Source: a candidate division WOR-3 bacterium (GTDB lineage: Bacteria > Hydrothermota > Tepidihabitantia > Tepidihabitantales > Tepidihabitantaceae). From it: a stretch of 11,598 bases of DNA. The notes under the pieces were generated by a model. The model made no database searches and was not told the origin of the DNA. It saw only the letters and a list, made by a program, of their open reading frames with translations. Of this stretch, positions 1-8,167 are shown one piece after another. The position numbers were made by a program, and so were the translations under genes. How positions within the stretch are numbered: position 1 is the stretch's first letter; every line of letters starts with the position of its first letter. Location: NCBI GenBank assembly GCA_039801225.1, contig JBDRUH010000028.1, positions 5,953-17,550 of the forward strand, read 5' to 3'.

Positions 1-161
1 TGTTTTAATAATTGGGACCCCTCGCCCCGTCATTCCGACCGAGCCCCTCACCTCTGTCATTCCGACCGAGCCAACGGCGAGTGGAGGAATCCCTTCGCTC
101 GGGGCAGGCTTTGGTATTAGAGATTGTTTAGGATTTAGTGCTTTGAAATTAGGATTTAGAA
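1..161. repeat. Composite REP-like/MITE-like repeat, copy 1 (left arm cut off by window edge)
   Basis: Near-identical to 7161-7324. GTCATTCCG units at 29 and 56, core GCCAACGGCGAGTGGAGGAATCCC, CTTCGCTCGGGGCAGGC module, then heptamer-rich arm TTGTTTAGGATTTAGTGCTTTGAAATTAGGATTTAGA. Confidence 0.93.
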
Positions 162-179
162 CATATTAAATGGTTTGGC

Positions 180-209
180 TTGACATTATCCTTAATGCCG
201 ATTTATAAT
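180..209 (+). promoter_or_regulatory. sigma70-type promoter of glmM-glmS
   Basis: TTGACA at 180-185, 18-nt spacer, TATAAT at 204-209. Both hexamers match consensus exactly. Confidence 0.8.
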
Positions 210-215
210 TCACTT

Positions 216-1592
216 ATGTCGCAGCCGATTTTTACCATCTCCGGATTAAGAGGAGTGGTTGGCAAGACCCTCTTTGATGAGACGGTTCGGAAATATGCCG
301 CCGCTTACGGCAAATTTCTTGGCGGAGGGACGCTGGTCATTGGCAGAGATACCCGCCCCTCCAGCGAAGCGATTGCTCAGTCAGCCGAAGAAGGGTTAAA
401 AGAGACCGGATGTCAGGTGGTGGATTTAGGAGTCTGCCCGACACCAACAGTTGTTCACTCTGTCCGAACGCATCAGTCTCAGATAAAGGGAGGGCTAATG
501 ATCACCGCCAGCCATAATCCCCTGGAATGGAATGGGATAAAGTTCGTCATATCACCCGGAAGGTTTCTACTTCCGGAGGAGTTTGAGTCATTCCGCATTT
601 TTTTAGGCAAAGCCGACCTGCCCGGTGCCGCTACACCTTCCAGCCGAGAGCCGTTAGCCGAAAACCGAAAGCCGATCTGTCCTATAGAAAATCACCTGCA
701 GGCGATCTTGATGAATCCTTTATTCAAAGATGTAAAAGGTAATAACCTGCGCATTGGCATTGATGCGGTAAATGGGGCCGCCGCCATTATCGCAGATAAA
801 CTACTTCAGGAGTTCGGCTGTGAAGTGGTAAAAATTAACTGCACGCCTGAGAGGTTAAAAAAGGAAGGGTTTCCCCACAGACCAGAACCCACCGCCGAAA
901 ACACCACCGAACTGGCAGAACTGGTAAAGAAAGAAAAACTTGATGCCGGATTTGCCTATGACCCTGATGGTGACCGGTTCAGTTGTATTGATAATAACGG
1001 TAACCCTTTGGGTGAAGAGGCAACAATCTGCCTTGCCTGCCTGTTCCTTTTGCAGTTTGGCGCCGCAAGCCAAAAACCAATAGTTGTCGTCAACCTTTCT
1101 ACCACCCAGGCGGTTGAAGATATCTGCCACCGTTTCGGTGCCAAGGTGGAAAGGGCACCGGTGGGCGAAGTTTGGGTGGTAAAGAGAATGTTAGAGTGCG
1201 GGGCAATATTAGGCGGCGAGGGCAATGGCGGGGTAATCCTACCCGAGATAAACCTCACCCGGGACGGTTTGGTTGCCAGTGCCATTGTCCTCGGTCTTCT
1301 ATCCCGAACAAAAAAACGCCTTTCAGAAATCAGACAGGAAATACCGAGGTATTTCATCGCGAAGTCGACGATAACCCTAGAGCATTTTAATCCGGAAAGT
1401 TTAATTGCCGGTTTTAGTTGGCGGTCTATTGACCAAAGCGATGGACTTAGGATGACCGGTGATGGTTGGTGGTTCCACATCCGGAAAAGTAATACCGAAC
1501 CATTAATCCGGGTGGTGTGTGAGGCAAAGGACCCCGCTCAAGCAAAATTGATTATTGAAAAGGTGGGCGGTCGGCTCAGGAGTCTTGGCTAA
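216..1592 (+). CDS. glmM: Phosphoglucosamine mutase (alpha-D-phosphohexomutase family)
   Basis: ISGLRG N-terminal motif, GRDTRPS, catalytic TASHNP, metal loop DPDGDR, sugar loop GEGNGG, RKSNTEP. Adjacent to glmS. Start moved to ATG 216 because the track's TTG at 180 is the -35 box. Confidence 0.85.
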   Translation: MSQPIFTISGLRGVVGKTLFDETVRKYAAAYGKFLGGGTLVIGRDTRPSSEAIAQSAEEGLKETGCQVVDLGVCPTPTVVHSVRTHQSQIKGGLMITASHNPLEWNGIKFVISPGRFLLPEEFESFRIFLGKADLPGAATPSSREPLAENRKPICPIENHLQAILMNPLFKDVKGNNLRIGIDAVNGAAAIIADKLLQEFGCEVVKINCTPERLKKEGFPHRPEPTAENTTELAELVKKEKLDAGFAYDPDGDRFSCIDNNGNPLGEEATICLACLFLLQFGAASQKPIVVVNLSTTQAVEDICHRFGAKVERAPVGEVWVVKRMLECGAILGGEGNGGVILPEINLTRDGLVASAIVLGLLSRTKKRLSEIRQEIPRYFIAKSTITLEHFNPESLIAGFSWRSIDQSDGLRMTGDGWWFHIRKSNTEPLIRVVCEAKDPAQAKLIIEKVGGRLRSLG

Positions 1593-1594
1593 TG

Positions 1595-1603
1595 TAAGGA
1601 GGT
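1595..1603 (+). promoter_or_regulatory. Shine-Dalgarno of glmS
   Basis: TAAGGAGGT ending 4 nt before ATG 1608. Confidence 0.85.
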
Positions 1604-1607
1604 GGCG

Positions 1608-3458
1608 ATGTGCGGAATTGTCGGTTATATCGGGGAAAAGGATGTTCTTAATGTAATATTGATTGGTTTAGAAAGGCTGGAGTATCGGGGTTACGACTCC
1701 TGCGGTATTGCGATTCTCCAAAAAGAGGGCATCAAAATCTGTAAAACTGCCGGCAGACTCCAGCAATTAAAATCGCTTTTACCAAAAACCCCATTTTCCG
1801 GAAAAGTGGGCATCGGTCACACCCGTTGGGCAACCCACGGTGAGGTGAACAACGAAAACGCCCATCCCTTTACCGACTGCACCGGAAAGATTGCCTTATG
1901 CCACAATGGAATTATTGAGAATTACCGGGAGTTACGCGACCGACTTGTAAAAGAAGGTCATAAATTTGTCTCATCAACCGACACCGAGGTCATTGTTCAT
2001 CTCATTGAGTCCCATTACTCTCCACCGTCTAAAAAAGACACCAAGGAAGGACTTTTTCAGGCGATCAGAAAGGCGACCGCCGAACTGAGGGGCGCTTATG
2101 CACTCCTAATTATTTCCACCGATGTTCCGGACACCATTTATGCGGTGAAGATGGGAAGTCCGATAGTTATCGGCAAGGGTAAAGGTGAAGTTCTGGTTGC
2201 TTCGGACGAACCAGCCCTGGTAGGACTCGCCCGGCAATTGCTGATAATGGAGGACGGTGAAATCGCCACAATCTCCCCGGAGTCCATTTCTCTAAAGAAC
2301 TTTTCTGGCGAACCGGTCCTTAGGCAATTTTCTCCATTATTTCTTAAACCTAGGCAAATTTCCAAGGGTCGTTATGCCCATTTTATGCGCAAGGAGATAT
2401 TTGAGCAACCCAAGGTTCTAAAGGCAAATATTGAACGCCGATTCAAAGACGATATTATAATTCTCGGACCCGATTTTCTTCTCTATCCGGACTTTATTGA
2501 ACAAATCGACCGTATTGTCATTCAGGCATGCGGCACCTCTTATCACGCCGGGGTGGTAGGTAAATACTACTTTGAAAAATTTTCCCGTATCCCGGTTACC
2601 GTGGAAATAAGCTCCGAGTTACGCACCAGCGAATTTCTATTTAGTGAAAGCACCCTGATGATAGCGATCAGCCAGTCTGGCGAGACCGCTGATACCCTTG
2701 CGGCACTCCGGGAAGCCCATTGCCGGGGAATGAAGACACTCGGCGTTATAAATGTTCCGCGTTCCTCAATCGCCCGGGAGGCAGATTCCACAGTTTACAT
2801 CCATGCCGGACCAGAAATCGGTGTTGCCTCAACCAAAGCCTACACCGCCCAGATTCTCAATCTTCTCGCGCTGGCTTTCTACTTTGGCCGAGTGCGTAAC
2901 TCAATTCCTCCTGAGCGTCTCAAAGAGGTCAAAAACGACCTGCAACGACTTCCCGACCTGATAAAAGGAATTCTCAAAATTGACCGTCAGGTTCGGGAGA
3001 TAGCAGCAAGGCTCGCCTTCGCCCGAGACTTCATCTTCTTAGGCAGAGGGATAAACTACCCCAGCGCCTTGGAAGGTGCACTAAAACTGAAGGAGATCGC
3101 CTATGTCCATGCCACCGGTTATCCGGCCGGAGAAATGAAACACGGTCCTATCTCTTTAATTGACGAAAAGGTGCCGGTCATCGGTATTGCACCCAAGGAT
3201 TCGGTCTATGATAAAATGCTCTCCAACCTGGCAGAAGCGAAGGCACGCAAGGGGAAAATAGTGGCGGTTGGAACTGAGGGCGATAAAGGGATTAAGGAAA
3301 TCGCCGATGAGGTTTTTTATATTCCTGAAGTACCGGAGTATCTTTCTCCTATTCTCGTCGCCCCACCCCTGCAACTTTTAGCCTACCATATCGCGGTTCT
3401 GCGCGGCTGTGATGTTGATAAACCGCGCAACCTTGCTAAGTCGGTAACGGTTGAGTAG
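1608..3458 (+). CDS. glmS: Glutamine--fructose-6-phosphate aminotransferase (isomerizing)
   Basis: MCGIVG start (the Ntn catalytic Cys must be N-terminal, so the start is 1608), LEYRGYDS, GHTRWATHG, SQSGETADT, ASTKA, GEMKHGP, C-terminal PRNLAKSVTVE. Confidence 0.98.
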   Translation: MCGIVGYIGEKDVLNVILIGLERLEYRGYDSCGIAILQKEGIKICKTAGRLQQLKSLLPKTPFSGKVGIGHTRWATHGEVNNENAHPFTDCTGKIALCHNGIIENYRELRDRLVKEGHKFVSSTDTEVIVHLIESHYSPPSKKDTKEGLFQAIRKATAELRGAYALLIISTDVPDTIYAVKMGSPIVIGKGKGEVLVASDEPALVGLARQLLIMEDGEIATISPESISLKNFSGEPVLRQFSPLFLKPRQISKGRYAHFMRKEIFEQPKVLKANIERRFKDDIIILGPDFLLYPDFIEQIDRIVIQACGTSYHAGVVGKYYFEKFSRIPVTVEISSELRTSEFLFSESTLMIAISQSGETADTLAALREAHCRGMKTLGVINVPRSSIAREADSTVYIHAGPEIGVASTKAYTAQILNLLALAFYFGRVRNSIPPERLKEVKNDLQRLPDLIKGILKIDRQVREIAARLAFARDFIFLGRGINYPSALEGALKLKEIAYVHATGYPAGEMKHGPISLIDEKVPVIGIAPKDSVYDKMLSNLAEAKARKGKIVAVGTEGDKGIKEIADEVFYIPEVPEYLSPILVAPPLQLLAYHIAVLRGCDVDKPRNLAKSVTVE

Positions 3459-6005
3459 TTAAAAGTTACCCAGTGGCTCATATAGTTTAAAGCCGAGTGT
3501 CCAGCGAAGGGCAAAGGGTCTCTCCCCTTCTTCTGGATGGCTTTTCCAAATTGGAAAGTCGGCATAAAACATTCCCAACTTCAGCCGGATTCCGGCATCA
3601 AACAAGGGCTTAAAGAAATCGGGTTGATTTAGACTGTCAGCAACATTACCAATATCAAGAAATGGTTGTAAGCCGAGAAACGGCAGGTGTAAATTTATAT
3701 TTATACCATAAGCATATCTACCATGGTGATAAACTCCGTAGTATCCCCGGCAGTTCACATCTCCATCATAGTGCCAGCGCTCCTGACCCGAGAAAGAGCC
3801 TTTGTATCCCCAGGAGAGCGGCTCTGCAGGTGTATATGAAAGCCCACCAGAGAGGTAAAACTCCTCCTGGGCGGGCGCGCTCCCCGATATTAACCCGGCA
3901 AATAGCCGGATGGTGAAAGGAGTTATGCCGGGGAGAAATGTCGTAGATTTTTCCTCCAGACTTATCTTGGTATATTGGAACTGCGACAGAACCGGCTTGA
4001 GCGCTCTGCTGAATGTGAGTCGGTGCTTGAATTGAAAAAATGGCGTCTCGCTCCAACTCCCTAAGGTGGTTTTGATTTCTCCAGTGCGCCCCTTTTCCCA
4101 GGCGCGGGCATCTCTTCCGGTGGTGTCAAGAAGTTCATAAAGCCGATACCCAATATTGAATTCGCTTCTCGGTAGCCGGAAAGGCGGACCGATTTCACCA
4201 TTGAGATATACCCTTACACCCCGGTCCCGGAATGAGTTGTCACCGGTAAGACATAATCTCAACCGGCAGGGAGAAAAGAGAAGCGGAGTTTGATAACTGA
4301 TTCCGGTATGCCAGTCCGACTTGTTGGAGTTATAGTTCTCCAGAATGGTCCACTGATGTTCGCCCCGGAGAGGTCCAGCGTCAATGAATCTTCTTCCTTG
4401 GAGCCAGACTCCGGGCTGAAACCCACGATAGTTGTCATACCAAAACCAGGGACCATAAAAAATCTGATAGGTCTCAAAATCGGGAATTGCAAAAATGGGG
4501 TTAAAAAGCTTAGGTTTAGGTCTGGGTTCAGGTTGAGTGTAGGGCACTCTGTTTTGGCAGGTCGATGTGTGACTACCTCCAGATTTACTTTCCTTAACTG
4601 TAATCGGGAAAGCAAGGTTAAAGCCTTGCTCTACCGCTTTAACCTTGGCCTCATCTCCAGCAATGTCCGTGATGCTATTTATTAATGCTTCAACTGTCGG
4701 CGAAGTGCCCCGCTGGGAAAAAAGATAGTGCCGGAGGCAAGAGTCAAATACCATTGTCCCCAGTTCTTCTTCTATTTTACTAAAAACCAGCACCGCCTGC
4801 GATTTACCCACCGCCTCCCGGGTGAAACGGTCCGGTGTTTTTTCAAAGGGAGTAATTATCGGACGGGAGAGGTGATTGGTTGCAGCAATATAGTAATAAA
4901 TACGGTGCAGGTATTCATCAGAAATTCCCTTCAGGAAAGGAATGTTTATTGGCAGGTCAAGTAAATTATCAGCGCCATAAAGGGTTTTTAGATAGCGCAT
5001 CGCCGCATAAGCGGCAAGACCATCGGTTAATGCTGGGTTTTTCTCGCTCTCCGGGTTAACGATTTGACCAAACCATTGACGGGCTATCTCGGTTACTATC
5101 TGCCGTTCCAATAACCGGGTGCCGGGCACTGGTTTCTGATTAAAAATCACTATTCCCGGGGCAGAAATCTCTCCAGGCGCAATGCCAGTTCCATCAACAA
5201 TCGTCAACTGAGGAAAAGGATAATTTCCAAACCACCGGCTAAAAAGCCCCAGACTCAAACGGGCATAAGAGATGATTGCTGACGCTTGCTTTGCCAGGTG
5301 TTGGGAAAGAAAAAGATTAACTCTTGGGGTGGTTGAAGAGTCGGTAAATATAACAAACCGTTGCCCGACAACTAAGCCAAAGTCAGACACATTATTAGCC
5401 CGGAAACGATATCCCGCCTGAGAGCCGGATGATAACGGCTCACCGCTACCCGCCACTTTATAACCCGGTGGCACAACCAATGATATTAGGTAGTCGGCAA
5501 ACACAACTCCACCGGTATCACTTTTGACTTGAGGATGCCAATGAGTAAGTATAAAAACTGAACCCTTTCTTCCCAGATTTTGAATAAGGGCTGGCAGCTT
5601 AGTTGTGAATGATAGTTCTATTACCACTGAATCACCCGGGCTCAACGGCTGGGGAAGAAACAGTTCCATATCAGTCTCATCAATACGATATCGAGCAGGG
5701 GTATTCCCACATTTGAGGAACTCAATTTCAATATCACCCCGCTCCTTTCTACTCAAACGGGTGAAATCATACTGTCCGTTCCTTTCCAGTTCTCTTACCA
5801 GTCGGGTTTGCCGATTGCGAAAAGCGTTCGGGTAAAGCAAGAAGTGAAGTGAGTATAGCGCTTCGGCACTCTGGTTCCTGACGGTTATGGTGCTAATTCC
5901 ATTGATGACGGCTTTTTTCGGCTCAAGCACGGCATTTATTCTATAGGTTATATTAGCAGGGTGAAGCGACAAAAAAATCAGCCCAAGAAAGCAGGAAATT
6001 ACCAC
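3459..6005 (-). CDS. Exported protein: degenerate M1 aminopeptidase-like domain plus C-terminal Omp85/BamA-like beta-barrel
   Basis: Hydrophobic N-terminus. M1-like segments YRINAVL, FLLYPNAF, FGNYPFPQLTIV, TEIARQWFG. Barrel-like segments FYLSGG, NCRGY, FLDIGNV, DAGIRL and terminal Phe. GTG start overlaps the upstream stop. Confidence 0.75.
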   Translation of the reverse strand: MVISCFLGLIFLSLHPANITYRINAVLEPKKAVINGISTITVRNQSAEALYSLHFLLYPNAFRNRQTRLVRELERNGQYDFTRLSRKERGDIEIEFLKCGNTPARYRIDETDMELFLPQPLSPGDSVVIELSFTTKLPALIQNLGRKGSVFILTHWHPQVKSDTGGVVFADYLISLVVPPGYKVAGSGEPLSSGSQAGYRFRANNVSDFGLVVGQRFVIFTDSSTTPRVNLFLSQHLAKQASAIISYARLSLGLFSRWFGNYPFPQLTIVDGTGIAPGEISAPGIVIFNQKPVPGTRLLERQIVTEIARQWFGQIVNPESEKNPALTDGLAAYAAMRYLKTLYGADNLLDLPINIPFLKGISDEYLHRIYYYIAATNHLSRPIITPFEKTPDRFTREAVGKSQAVLVFSKIEEELGTMVFDSCLRHYLFSQRGTSPTVEALINSITDIAGDEAKVKAVEQGFNLAFPITVKESKSGGSHTSTCQNRVPYTQPEPRPKPKLFNPIFAIPDFETYQIFYGPWFWYDNYRGFQPGVWLQGRRFIDAGPLRGEHQWTILENYNSNKSDWHTGISYQTPLLFSPCRLRLCLTGDNSFRDRGVRVYLNGEIGPPFRLPRSEFNIGYRLYELLDTTGRDARAWEKGRTGEIKTTLGSWSETPFFQFKHRLTFSRALKPVLSQFQYTKISLEEKSTTFLPGITPFTIRLFAGLISGSAPAQEEFYLSGGLSYTPAEPLSWGYKGSFSGQERWHYDGDVNCRGYYGVYHHGRYAYGININLHLPFLGLQPFLDIGNVADSLNQPDFFKPLFDAGIRLKLGMFYADFPIWKSHPEEGERPFALRWTLGFKLYEPLGNF

Positions 6006-6661
6006 CCATTGCCCCCTTCGCTTTGCCGAACTACCGGCGTGAAAACCTCAAGACAAATTTTCTGAATCTCGTTGAGTATTCTTTCATCCAGCCCCTGTTT
6101 CTTGAATTGCTTTACCAGACGGGAAAACTCTCCGGACCAAGCATCAGGAGACACCACCCGAATAACAGTGCAAATAGACCGAAAGAACGAAAAATAACCC
6201 CGGCGGCTAATAGCAGGCATCCGTTTAAACCGGAAAATATCGTCAACGGCAACTTCTGCCTTTTTCACCAACTGCCATAACCGCTCTCCCTCTAAAGCCT
6301 TTAATTCATCAGCCTTATCTTTGGGTAAATGTATCGCGGTTTCTCTTGACCGGGGAGAAAGAATTACTACCGGCTCACTTGTCTCTAATTCACCTTCGCC
6401 AAGAGTAATTTTAGCCAAAACATCTGCCACATCCCTCCAAGTTGCTCCACAGGCATTAAGGAACCCGGTGAGTGTCCGCAGCGTCGGATTGGGCACAAGC
6501 CCTTTTTCCAGCCTAAGTATGTATTTATACCCATGTTTAGGATTCAAACCTAACTTCTCTGCCAATTTCATCTGCGATATACCCGCCTTAACTCGCAACA
6601 TCCTTAACCGCTCACCAAACTCCTCCATACCTCTTAGCGCAAATTTCTTTTTTGATACCAT
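5999..6661 (-). CDS. XRE-family helix-turn-helix transcriptional regulator with uncharacterised C-terminal domain
   Basis: FGERLRMLRVKAGISQMKLAEKLG...ILRLEKGLVPNPTLRTL matches the HTH_XRE pattern. Alternative start ATG 6628. Confidence 0.85.
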   Translation of the reverse strand: MVSKKKFALRGMEEFGERLRMLRVKAGISQMKLAEKLGLNPKHGYKYILRLEKGLVPNPTLRTLTGFLNACGATWRDVADVLAKITLGEGELETSEPVVILSPRSRETAIHLPKDKADELKALEGERLWQLVKKAEVAVDDIFRFKRMPAISRRGYFSFFRSICTVIRVVSPDAWSGEFSRLVKQFKKQGLDERILNEIQKICLEVFTPVVRQSEGGNGW

Positions 6662-6698
6662 ATCTATTTAAGAATAGATAATTTTAATCCTCTGTCAA
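6661..6698 (-). promoter_or_regulatory. Putative promoter and operator of the XRE gene
   Basis: Minus-strand TTGACA (6698-6693), 16-nt spacer, TATTCT (6676-6671). Overlapped by inverted repeat TATCTATT-N4-AATAGATA (6661-6680). Confidence 0.55.
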
Positions 6699-6837
6699 AT
6701 TTTTCATCAGCGGTCTAAACATAAATAGTAGATTGTTGTCGCTTTCTCATATTTACTGTGTTTCAATTAAAGACACTTCATCCAAGTATATAATATATAG
6801 GAACTTTCCGATTCAAACTCACATAATTAAAATTTAA

Positions 6838-6860
6838 TATGTCTCATATTATGAGACATA
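6838..6860. promoter_or_regulatory. Perfect 23-bp palindrome, candidate protein-binding site
   Basis: TATGTCTCATA-T-TATGAGACATA, with 11-bp arms. Confidence 0.5.
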
Positions 6861-7100
6861 ACTCATTTCTGGTATTATAGTAAAAATCATAAGGTCTTAA
6901 AATATAAGAATTTATCCACTTGAGCGAATATGGGCATAGAAATTGCTGTATTTTTATGAAGGGGGGAATTTAATAAGTGGTGCAGTGTCGGACAAGCAGG
7001 TATGGCAGAAATAAAGGGAAGGATGAGGAGGTTGAGATGAACATTATGCTTTGGAAGTTGTAGGGGAAACCTTGGCAAATCGCCCCCGCTTATGAGAAAC

Positions 7101-7324
7101 TCTAAATCCGAAATCCTAAATTCTAAACAAATTCAAAGCACAAATGTTCTAAATCCAAAATGTTTTGATAATTGGGACCCCTCGCCCCGTCATTCCGACC
7201 CCCTCGGCTCTGTCATTCCGACCGAGCCAACGGCGAGTGGAGGAATCCCTCTCGGCTTCGCTCGGGGCAGGCTTTGGTATTAGAGATTGTTTAGGATTTA
7301 GTGCTTTGAAATTAGGATTTAGAA
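7101..7324. repeat. Composite REP-like/MITE-like repeat, copy 2 (complete)
   Basis: Terminal inverted repeat TCTAAATCC (7101-7109) / GGATTTAGA (7315-7323). Imperfect heptamer arms (AAATCCG/AAATCCT/AAATTCT) enclose a GC-rich core with GTCATTCCG at 7189 and 7212. Confidence 0.93.
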
Positions 7325-7340
7325 GATGTACCCTACTGCT

Positions 7341-7631
7341 TTAATTTGTGACCTTAGCAACTTTTATTTCCATCGTCTGTGGTTTGTCCCGCCGGTCGTC
7401 TATTTTAATCGTGGTGAGCAGACGGGCGCACCCCATCTGGGCAAGGGTATCATGAATCTCCTTGACTACAGAAAAGACCTTCTCCCACTCCCCTTCTATG
7501 CAGGTGCCCATCGGATTCACCGCATATTTCAAACCGCTTTTTTTAATTAACTCAATTGCCGTTTTAACAAACTGACTAACACCGGTTGAACCGGTGCCAA
7601 CTGGCACAACGCTTAACTCAATAATTATCAT
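7341..7631 (-). CDS. MTH1187/DUF77 family thiamine-binding protein
   Basis: ELSVVPVGT...VSQFV, NPMGTCIEGEW, TTIKIDDRRDK. SD GGGGGTG upstream. Confidence 0.88.
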   Translation of the reverse strand: MIIIELSVVPVGTGSTGVSQFVKTAIELIKKSGLKYAVNPMGTCIEGEWEKVFSVVKEIHDTLAQMGCARLLTTIKIDDRRDKPQTMEIKVAKVTN

Positions 7632-7648
7632 TTCACCCCCTCTCTCTT

Positions 7649-8167
7649 TTAAATAAATTGCTCAAACCGGTCCTTTGTCGCCTTACATATCGGACATTTA
7701 CCAGGCGGTTCTGCTCGGGCACAGAGATAGCCACACACCTGGCAACGCCAGACTGGATAGGCAAGGCGGACCACCCCGGTCTTTGCCTCTTTCTTCTCCG
7801 TCACCGTGTAACCTTCGGTAACAAACTGTGGTGGTCGTCTTTCCGGAATAGACCGGTGAGAAATTTTTCCATTAATCCAGTCTTCACTAACATAAAGGGC
7901 ACAGTAACAGGCACCAAACTCCTCTATGTCCGAGTCCCGATAATAGCAGGGGCAGATGATGTCAATGTCCTTTGCCTTCTGCCCCAAGGGCAACCGGCAG
8001 GGGCAGGCGGGATAACCGTAACGCTCCTTATTTGTCAAAAGCCCTGCCACCAGTTTCAGCGTGAACTCCTTATCCGGATTGAGGTAATACCCCGCCTCTT
8101 CAGCCTCCTTTTTCAACTGCTCGTAAAACTTGAGCACCTCGGGTGCGAGCCCTTCTCCCATACTCAA
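7649..8167 (-). CDS. Ferredoxin:thioredoxin reductase catalytic-subunit homolog with C-terminal rubredoxin domain (ferredoxin:disulfide reductase, FDR-type)
   Basis: CPC, CPC and CYC motifs. Rubredoxin-like WRCQVCGY...CPIC. ATGA overlap with the upstream gene (alternative start 8161). Confidence 0.92.
   Translation of the reverse strand: MSMGEGLAPEVLKFYEQLKKEAEEAGYYLNPDKEFTLKLVAGLLTNKERYGYPACPCRLPLGQKAKDIDIICPCYYRDSDIEEFGACYCALYVSEDWINGKISHRSIPERRPPQFVTEGYTVTEKKEAKTGVVRLAYPVWRCQVCGYLCARAEPPGKCPICKATKDRFEQFI

Noticed and set aside
180..215. N-terminal extension of GlmM from TTG 180
   Set aside because: It coincides with the promoter, and family similarity starts near 216.
1593..1607. glmS ribozyme
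   Set aside because: Only 15 nt separate glmM and glmS, leaving no room.
3459..3520. Tn7 inserted at glmS
   Set aside because: No Tn7 end or tns genes are present; a coding sequence abuts glmS directly.
855..6671. Short nested or antisense ORFs within glmM, glmS, the barrel gene and the XRE gene
   Set aside because: They overlap confident CDSs and show no protein features.
6912..6920. DnaA box TTATCCACT
   Set aside because: Single copy with one mismatch and no cluster.
7026..7063. SD plus 8-aa ORF MNIMLWKL
   Set aside because: It lies in a purine-rich tract where SD-like words are expected, and has no other support.
6887..7078. 63-aa minus-strand ORF
   Set aside because: No SD or recognisable features.
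7092..7283. 63-aa ORF
   Set aside because: It is a translation of the repeat element and has no SD.
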